This document shows, piece by piece, positions 56,837 through 64,000 of a stretch of 64,000 nucleotides of DNA. The stretch's first letter is position 1. Each line of letters starts with the position of its first letter. The DNA is from the human T2T-CHM13v2.0 reference genome, Homo sapiens. A program made the position numbers and the translations under genes. The stretch covers positions 27,552,001-27,616,000 of the forward strand of contig CP068257.2 of the NCBI GenBank assembly GCA_009914755.4, read 5' to 3'. The notes under the pieces are model-generated. The model was not told where the DNA came from, made no database searches, and saw nothing but the letters and a program-made list of their open reading frames with translations.

Positions 56837-57217
56837 TTATCAGAGAGTAGATTTATGTATTAAGCATCTTTCAAAAGGCCTTACACAGTTACAGTTTACA
56901 TTATTAATGTACTACATTTCTTGGCAAATAATTTATTGCTGTTGGTCTTCCAGTCCCCATTCTATAAGATACATATGCAAAGTCAGGAAACAAAGTAAAC
57001 TTTTCTTAAAACAGTATGTTAGTTATCTTCAAATAATATGCTTTCAGTTGAAGTGGATTTGCTCTAGATTTAAAATAATGGGCCTAATTGCTGATCTAGA
57101 AAAAAATAACTTATAAAACATATTGAGCATCCAAAAATTCTGGCAGCATAGGAAGCTTACTATATTCATTATACTTTTGAAGGGGAATGGAAGTTAAAGA
57201 AATGCAGATTATGTTGT

Positions 57218-57653
57218 TTGAAAATTATCTGAGTCCATTTGTGTTGCTATAAAGGAATATCTGTGACTGGGTAATTTATAAAGAAAAGAGGTTTATTTGG
57301 CGCACACTTCTGTAGCCCATACAAGAAGCATGGCACCAACATCTGCATCTGGTGAGGGTCTCAGGCTGCTTTCACTCATGGTGGAAGGTGAAGGGAAGTC
57401 AGTGTGTGCAGAAATCATTCAGCAAGAGAAGAAGCAAGAGAGGCAGGAGGTGCCAGGCTCTTTTTAACAATCAGCTCTCACAGGAACTGATAGAGCAAGA
57501 ACTCACTCATTACCATAAGGATAGCACTAAGCCATTCATGAGAAATTCACCCCTATGGCCTAAACACGTCCCCTTAGGCCTCATCTCCAACACTGGGGAT
57601 CAAAGCTCAATGTGAGGTTTGGGGAGACAAACACCCAAACCATAGCAAACATA
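57218..57653 (-). mobile_element. MST-type MaLR LTR (about 436 bp)
   Basis: Reverse-complement MaLR LTR: '...ctataaaggaatatctgtgactgggtaatttataaagaaaagaggtttatttggc...' through '...ggggagacaaacacccaaaccatagca'. Confidence 0.75.
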
Positions 57654-57671
57654 TAAGTGACATACTGTTAA

Positions 57672-57918
<247 letters not shown>

Positions 57919-57919
57919 G

Positions 57920-58335
57920 TTCACCCCAGTAACTCTCCCCTTAAACAATTGGCAGTTGTAGGAAGGAGCAAAAGATGCACAACTGTGCAGAGAACAAGGG
58001 TAGTATCCCATTACTTGTTATTTAGGATTCCGTGGCATGTACTTATTCTTGAATAATTTACTCAAAAAAAAATGGGAAGCTTCCACATCTTGGCGATTAT
58101 ATATAGTGCAGCAGGAACATGGGAATGTGGATATCCCCTCCATAAACTGACTTCCTTTCTTTTGGGTATATACCTAGCAGTGGGATTGCTGGATCGTGTT
58201 GTAGTTCTATTTTTAATTGTTTGTGGAGCATCCATACTATTCTCATAGTGGCTGTGGAGAATAATTTACATTCTAATTTAGTACTAATTTATATTCCCAC
58301 CAACAGCATGCAAGGGTTCCTTTTTCTCCACTTGA
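57920..58335 (-). mobile_element. L1 ORF2 C-terminal-region fragment (antisense on the + strand)
   Basis: 'cttttgggtatatacctagcagtgggattgctggatcgtgttgtagttctatttttaattgtttgtggagcatcc...ctaatttatattcccaccaacagcatgcaagggttcctttttctccac' matches antisense L1 ('gggtatatacccagtaatgggattgctgggtcaaatggtatttctagttc...ctaatttacactcccaccaacagtgtaaaagtgttcctatttctccac'). Confidence 0.65.
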
Positions 58336-58580
58336 ATAAGATCTAATATTTAATAGCACAACAGGGTGATTACAGCCAACAACAATTTATTGCACATTTA
58401 AAAATAACTAAAAGAGTATAAACGAAATGTTTGTAACACAAATAAATGATAAATGCTTGAGGTGATGGATACTCGGTTTACCCTAATGTGATTATTACAC
58501 ATTGTATGCCTGTATCAAAATATCTCATGTACCCCATAAATATGTACATCTACTATGTACCCATAATTTTTTTAAGTAAG
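58336..58580 (+). mobile_element. L1 3' UTR / 3'-end fragment in sense orientation
   Basis: '...gaaatgtttgtaacacaaataaatgataaatgcttgaggtgatggatactcggtttaccctaatgtgattattacacattgtatgcctgtatcaaaatatctcatgtaccccataaatatgtacatctactatgtacccataa' matches older L1 3'-terminal sense sequence. Confidence 0.6.
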
Positions 58581-59714
58581 CACTTTCAGAAAGGATGCTT
58601 CTCAGAACTCACAAACATTGCATTTTTATACTTTCATAGTTGAAAAATATAAATCAGTTTTGTTAAAGGTGGTGCATTAGAGAGTAGGAAGATGAGGCCC
58701 GGAAGATCTCGTGTATTTTAACATGTTGTTCTCAGGAAGCTTCATATGGATATCTGTAAATTTTAAGAAGCCACCCTAGGATACCCCAAAATAAGTCTGT
58801 GGTCACGCACTGCTCACAAACAGAGCGTAAGGCAGAGGGCACTGTTTCGATGCATCCTCTATCCAGCTGGAAAGCCAGAAATATTATTTTCGTAGTCAAA
58901 TGATTAAAATAGTAATGGTTTATTTACTCTCCCCAAGTGTAGTTGGGAAATACATGAGGTTAAAATTCAGGCATCTGAGTTTCTGTTTCTCCTCCTCCAA
59001 CTATGAAGGTAAGTTGGTCTCTCCCTGTGCCCATTGTGGCAAGTGTCTGCCCAGGCCCTTGACCAGAGAGACAGGAAGCAATGATGACAGAGCCAGGCAA
59101 GCCCAGACCTCACATGAGCCTCCTCTGTAATTTTGGATAGTTCTGGAAACTGGACCATCAGCCTTAATGGCCTATGCTGGGAATCCTGTGCACACCAGGC
59201 CACATTTCTCAGCAGCTTGCCTGTGCCGTGCCCCTAAAAAGAACAGCTCAGACCTGCTCTGCAGGGGCATTTATCTTGTCAGCTGAAGAGGGTGAGCTCA
59301 TTTTAGGCACGTTGCTGTAAACAACTGAAAGATCCACTCTCCTAAGCATAGACCTGACTCAACTATGTCTCTGCAAATGGTCTCCCTTTTGCAACACAAC
59401 TGCACCGAGAAGCTACACACTTTCACCTTCCAGCAGATCTTGGTCAGATACATTGCAGTGAACTTCCCACTCTCTTCCCACTCCTTTCAAACTCAGTCAC
59501 TGAAACCACAACCACCCCACCACTGTAACAACAGAACCAATTTCAATAGTTTGAGGCCATTCCCAAGCTCTATCTCTCAGGCTAGAACAAATGAACAAGC
59601 TCCTTGTGCCATCAGCATTAATATTTGTGGTGTCAAGTGGGCATTGTATAGATTTTCCCCACTATCTACACATCAGACTGTGAGGTGGGTAGAAGGGCAT
59701 GATGGCCATTTCAC

Positions 59715-59800
59715 AGATAAGAAAGCCAAGTTAAAATTAGTTGCACAAAGTTATAGCTTACAGCGACAGAATTGGCCCATGAATTCATTACCCTTTCATT
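59715..59800 (+). mobile_element. MIR SINE fragment
   Basis: 'ccatttcacagataagaaagccaagttaaaattagttgcacaaagttatagc' resembles the MIR 5' region 'ccattttacagatgaggaaactgaggctcagagaggttaagtgacttgcccaaggtcacacagc'. Confidence 0.35.
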
Positions 59801-60171
59801 CCACTACAGTATCAGTCAAATTTTAAAAACAAGCCCAAAAATATATTTCCATATATGTTTTATTTTCATCCTAGGATTTTGAGCTGTCTTGTTAATATTA
59901 ATTTATTTAAATTTCATAGGAAGAATACTATTGAAGTTTCTATTACTACTTCTGAGTGACTGTATGCTAAAAGGGAATGATATGACTTGCAAATATGTTT
60001 TGAGGAATGTTCTATGAATATGCCTAAAATTCATGGTTTCTACCCAATTAAAATTTTGTATTCATGTGAAATAGTTTAAGAAAGAGAAAATATACCACAT
60101 ATTTTTATTTGATGATTTTTAACAATTATGAAGAAAAAATTGATGAGAAAAAGTACAGACTATACTCTTAG

Positions 60172-60456
60172 ATTTTTTTCTTTTTCTTTTGTTTGTCCTG
60201 TTTTGTTTTGAGACAGGGTGTTGCTCTGTCTCCCAGGCTGTAGTGCCATCATGGTTCATTGCATGCAGCCTTGACCTCCTGGGGTCAAGTGATCCTTCCG
60301 CCACAGCCTTCCGAGTAGCTGGGACTACAGGTGCATGCCACCATGCCTGGCTAATTTTTATTTTTATTTTTATTTTTGTAGAAGCAGGGTCTCACTATGT
60401 TGACCAGGCTGGTCTCTAACTCCTGAGATTACAGGCAGGAGCCACCACGACCAGCC
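60172..60456 (-). mobile_element. Alu SINE (older, J/S-like) with an internal deletion of about 40 bp
   Basis: 'gagacagggtgttgctctgtctcccaggctgtagtgcc...ccgagtagctgggactacaggtgcatgccaccatgcctggctaatttttatttttatttttatttttgtagaagcagggtctcactatgttgaccaggctggtctctaactcctga|gattacaggcaggagccaccacgaccagcc'. The 'cctcaggtgatcc...caaagtgctgg' segment is missing. Confidence 0.85.
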
Positions 60457-60849
60457 CAGACTATAATCTTAAATACATTTTTCAAATATGTGTTAAGAAC
60501 TAGTTGTGCGCAGGCTACTTTGCTAAAGAGTATCTGTTCATTGGAATGTTCAGTTTTGAGAAAATAATTATTTTATAGGCTTATCAATGGCCATTATCTT
60601 GAGTAAACTAAAATATTTACATTAATGATCTTGAGAGGAGATTGACAACAAAGAGCCAGGTTATAGAGCAATCTTCTCTTGAGCCTGGATTTGTTCGGAT
60701 GAATGATTACATAATGATGTCCAGTGGGAATCGCAGGATGTGACAGCTGTTTGACAGCCTGTCAATTTTACAAATGAAGCAACTGAAGCCAAGTGAAGTT
60801 ATGTCTTGCTCAAGCTTCTAAGGATAAGCTGAGTCTGAAACCTAGATTT

Positions 60850-61385
60850 TCTTTTATTTTTCTTTATTTTAATTTTTATAGATTTAGGAGACACAAGTGC
60901 AATTATGTCACATCAATATAGTGTATGGTGGTGAAGTCTGAGCTTTTAGTGTAACCATCACCTGAATTGTGTACATTGTACCCATTAAGTAATTTTCATC
61001 CGTCACCCCCTTCCCACCCTTCCACCTTTCTGAGTCTGCAGTGTCTACTCTTCTATTCTTTATGTCCACGTACGCACATCATTTAGGCCCCACTTATAAG
61101 TGAGAACATGCAGTATTTGACTTTCTGAGTTATTTCACTTAAGATAATAGACTCTAGTTCCATCCATGTTGCTGCAAAAGACTTGATTTCATTCTTTTTT
61201 ATGGCTGAATAATATTCCATGGTGTGTGTGTGTGTGTCACATTTTCTTTATCCAGTCATCCCTTGACGGACATTTAGGTTGATTTCATATCCTTGATATT
61301 GTGACTAGTGCTTCAATAAACATACAAGTGCAAGTATATTTTGATATGATGATTTCAGGTTTTCTGATAGTAAGCCATTTGCTGG
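60850..61385 (-). mobile_element. L1 (L1P-type) 3' end, antisense on the + strand
   Basis: 'ttttatagatttaggagacacaagtgcaattatgtcacat...tttatgtccacgtacgcacatcatttaggccccacttataagtgagaacatgcagtatttgactttctg...ccatccatgttgctgcaaaagacttgatttcattcttttttatggctgaataatattccatggtgtgtg' matches antisense L1 3' end ('...cccacttataagtgagaacatgtggtatttggttttctgttcctgc...'). Confidence 0.75.
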
Positions 61386-63104
61386 TTTTAGCAAACCCTA
61401 GGATCTCTTCTAAAGGAAAATTTCTCCACCTGGCAGCTTTGCAAAATTTATTCAGGGAAATTAATTTCAGGTTGGCCACTCCCAAGGCTATGCTTCTGCA
61501 GAGAAGAAGTTGGATGTGCTTCTGAGGTATATTTTTTCCCCATCAAGAAATAACACAGGAAATTATAGTAACACATTTTACGTTTAAAATTCATATTTTA
61601 AATTGATTGTACAAGGTGAAAATGGGAAATATTTCTTCACTTGTCTTAAGAATGTCCATATGAAGATTTCTCATACTTTAAAATTTTTATGATAAAGGTG
61701 AAGAAATGTAGCCAGTAAGCTTTGATTTGACCTCTGGTAACAATGCATGTTTCACCATTTTCCAAACTGGGAAACTGGTTTATGTCCTACCTTTCAATTC
61801 CTTATAACTCTACATTTCTTGAGTTAATCAAAAGTAAAAATTGTCCAATGTTATTTCATGTAGTATTCAATTACTATTTCCCATTGACTGTACAATGATT
61901 TTTGTTCACATATAGAAAATAGCTAAAAGTGGGATACATATTGTTGAATGATTATTTTTTCTAATAGAACTTTTGTCTTTTGGTTACATGAACTTCTATT
62001 TTGAGTTTCCAGATAATTTAATTTTTATTTATCTTTAATTTTTTATTTTTATCTATTATTTTAGTAACAGACATTAAGCTTCCTATTGAACATCTCCTAT
62101 TTTCAGTCTATTTACTATTAGATACAGAGACACTGAATCTTTATTCATAAGAGGAAGAGCTTATTTCCTCATTTTTGTCATAGTTCCCAAAGTGCTTTTT
62201 TTAGATGATTTCGTTTCTTCTTCCAAGAAGAAAATTGGTCAACCTTCCTTTAAAAGTTATATTGTACATCAAGTGTTCTGATGTTTCATTGAGTCATAAA
62301 TGAGAAACAGAATTTATTATAACATAGCTTTCATTCTGTGTGGAGAGCTGTGTGGGTGGGTATTAGCATTATTTATTTATTTATTTATTTTTTAAAAAGA
62401 CAAACTCTCCTTTATTCTCCTGTTCCAGATTCTATAAATCTGGAGTTCCATCTGAGCTCCTGAAATCATGTAATTTATATCCATCTCTGCTTTCCTGATA
62501 AGAAGGCTATATGCAGAGATTTTTAGAACAAGACTTGTTCAGCTTGAGCTAGAACTAAAATTTTTATTTATTTTCACACTTAAAGTAAACCTTTCCAGCT
62601 TTCAAATTTTTTTTCCTATAATCTGATTATTTGGTGAAGAATAAAAATAAGAAGCCAGAACTTTGTTTTTAAAAAGCATTAAGTATGAGTATGTATTTAA
62701 AAAAAAAATTCAGTAATGATTGATAGTGATATCTATTTTACCATAGTGACATTGAAGAGGTTTTAATATCTTACTGTATTAGGTATTCTCAAATATTTTC
62801 AACTTTAAACCTTCAAAATTCATTCAGAAATTATTTACGTGTCTTCTTTATGATTAGGATTCTGTATAAGAATTCATTTGAAAGAGATTCCCACTTCTTT
62901 AAAAATTTGAAACCATCACTTAGAAGACTTTCTTTTTCCATTGTAAAGTACCACATTTTTATTAACAATATTTAGAACACATAAAAGACTTAAAACATGC
63001 CAATGATCCCAGCTATACACAACCACTGTTGATGTGTAGTATTTCTTTTTCTTTTCTTAAACATTTTCTCCCCTCTATATGTTTTTACTTATTGATTGGT
63101 TAAA

Positions 63105-64000
63105 CTTCAACTTTTATTTTAGACACAGGAGGTCCATGTGCAGATTTGTTACATGGCTATATTTCATCCAGGTAATAAGCATAGTACCTAATAGGTAGTT
63201 TTTCAATCCACACTCTCTCCCTCTCCCTCTCCATCTCTAGTAGTCCACAGTGTCTCTTTTTTCCCTGTTTATGTCCATGTGTGCTCAATGTTTAGCTCCC
63301 ACTTGTAAGTGAGAGCATGTGGTATTTGGTTTTCTGTTCCTGCATTAGTTTGCTTAGGATTATGGCCTCCAGCTCTGTCCATGTTCCTGTGAAAGACATG
63401 ATGTCATTCTTTTTTATGGCTGCATAGTATTCCATGGTATGTAGGTATTGCATTTTCTTTGTCTAATCCACCACTGATGGGCATCTAGGTTGATTCCATG
63501 TCTTTGCTATTGTGAATAGTGTAGTGATGAACATATGAGTGCATGTGTCTTTTGAGTATAATGATCTTATTTTCCTTTAGGTATACACCCAGTAATGGGA
63601 TTGCTAGGTTGAACAGTAGCTCTGTTTTAAGTTCTTAGAGAAATCTCTGAACTGCTTTCCACAGTGGCTTAACTAATTTTCAGTTCCACCAACAGTGTAT
63701 GTGTTCTTTTTTCTTTGCAGCCTTCCAGAATTTTCTTTTTGACTTTTTAATAATAACCATTCTGACTGGTTTGTGATGATATTTCACTGTGGTTTTGATT
63801 TGCATTTATCTGATGATCTGTGATGATGAGTATTTTTTCATAGTTTGTTGGCTGCTTGTATATCTTCTTTTGAGAAGTATCTGTTCATCTCCTTTGCCAG
63901 TTTTTTAATGGAATTTTTTTTTGTTGTTGATTTAAGTTCCTAATAGATTTTGGATATTAGACTTTTGCTGAATGCACAGTTTGCAAATATTTTCTCCCAT
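63105..64000 (-). mobile_element. L1 (L1PA/PB-type) 3' UTR plus ORF2 C-terminal region, antisense; continues beyond the window end
   Basis: 'ttttattttagacacaggaggtccatgtgcagatttgttacatggctatatt...cccacttgtaagtgagagcatgtggtatttggttttctgttcctgcattagtttgcttaggattatggcctccagctc...gcatagtattccatggtatgtag...gtatacacccagtaatgggattgctaggttgaacagtagctctg...gttccaccaacagtgtatgtgttc...ggttttgatttgcatttatctgatgatctgtgatgatgagtattttttcat...tcttcttttgagaagtatctgttcatctcctttgcc' runs continuously colinear with antisense L1. Confidence 0.85.

Noticed and set aside
59365-59826. 153-aa plus-strand ORF in mostly unique sequence.
   Set aside because: No recognisable domain. The 3' part overlaps a MIR fragment, and it has a low-complexity Ser/Pro/Thr composition. 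I cannot support it as a gene without external evidence.

Overview
This 64 kb window is primate, almost certainly human, nuclear DNA, shown by about 18 Alu SINEs including one CpG-rich AluY-like copy. It is AT-rich and dominated by interspersed repeats. I find no credible protein-coding gene, no rRNA/tRNA/snRNA gene, and nothing prokaryotic (no CRISPR, operons or defence systems).

What is present:
- Alu elements in both orientations, most with identifiable target-site duplications (TSDs).
- Several L1 fragments, including two places where antisense ORF2 sequence abuts a sense-oriented L1 3' end (candidate twin-priming inversions).
- At least six MaLR LTRs of the THE1/MST type.
- A 55-bp and a 35-bp Alu-derived segment aside, MER5A-like hAT fragments, MIR fragments, and an unclassified ancient repeat family.
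- A near full-length GAPDH processed pseudogene at 36508-37740 with a poly(A) remnant and a flanking TSD.
- A (TATC)n STR, a roughly 770-bp complex (CA)n/(CAGACA)n array, small tandem duplications and a 19-bp minisatellite.
- A few unique segments that retain unusually many CpGs (about 9.0-9.1 kb, 10.6-10.9 kb, 48.0-48.8 kb); these are the only candidates for regulatory function.

Essentially all ORFs longer than 100 aa in the six-frame track are translations of repeats (the TG/CA array, Alu, LTR, the GAPDH pseudogene). The window looks like ordinary intergenic or intronic human sequence. I found no novel biological system and will not claim one.

All family assignments below rest on my reading of the sequence and recalled consensus sequences, not on a database search. 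Coordinates of diverged elements are approximate (about ±20 bp).
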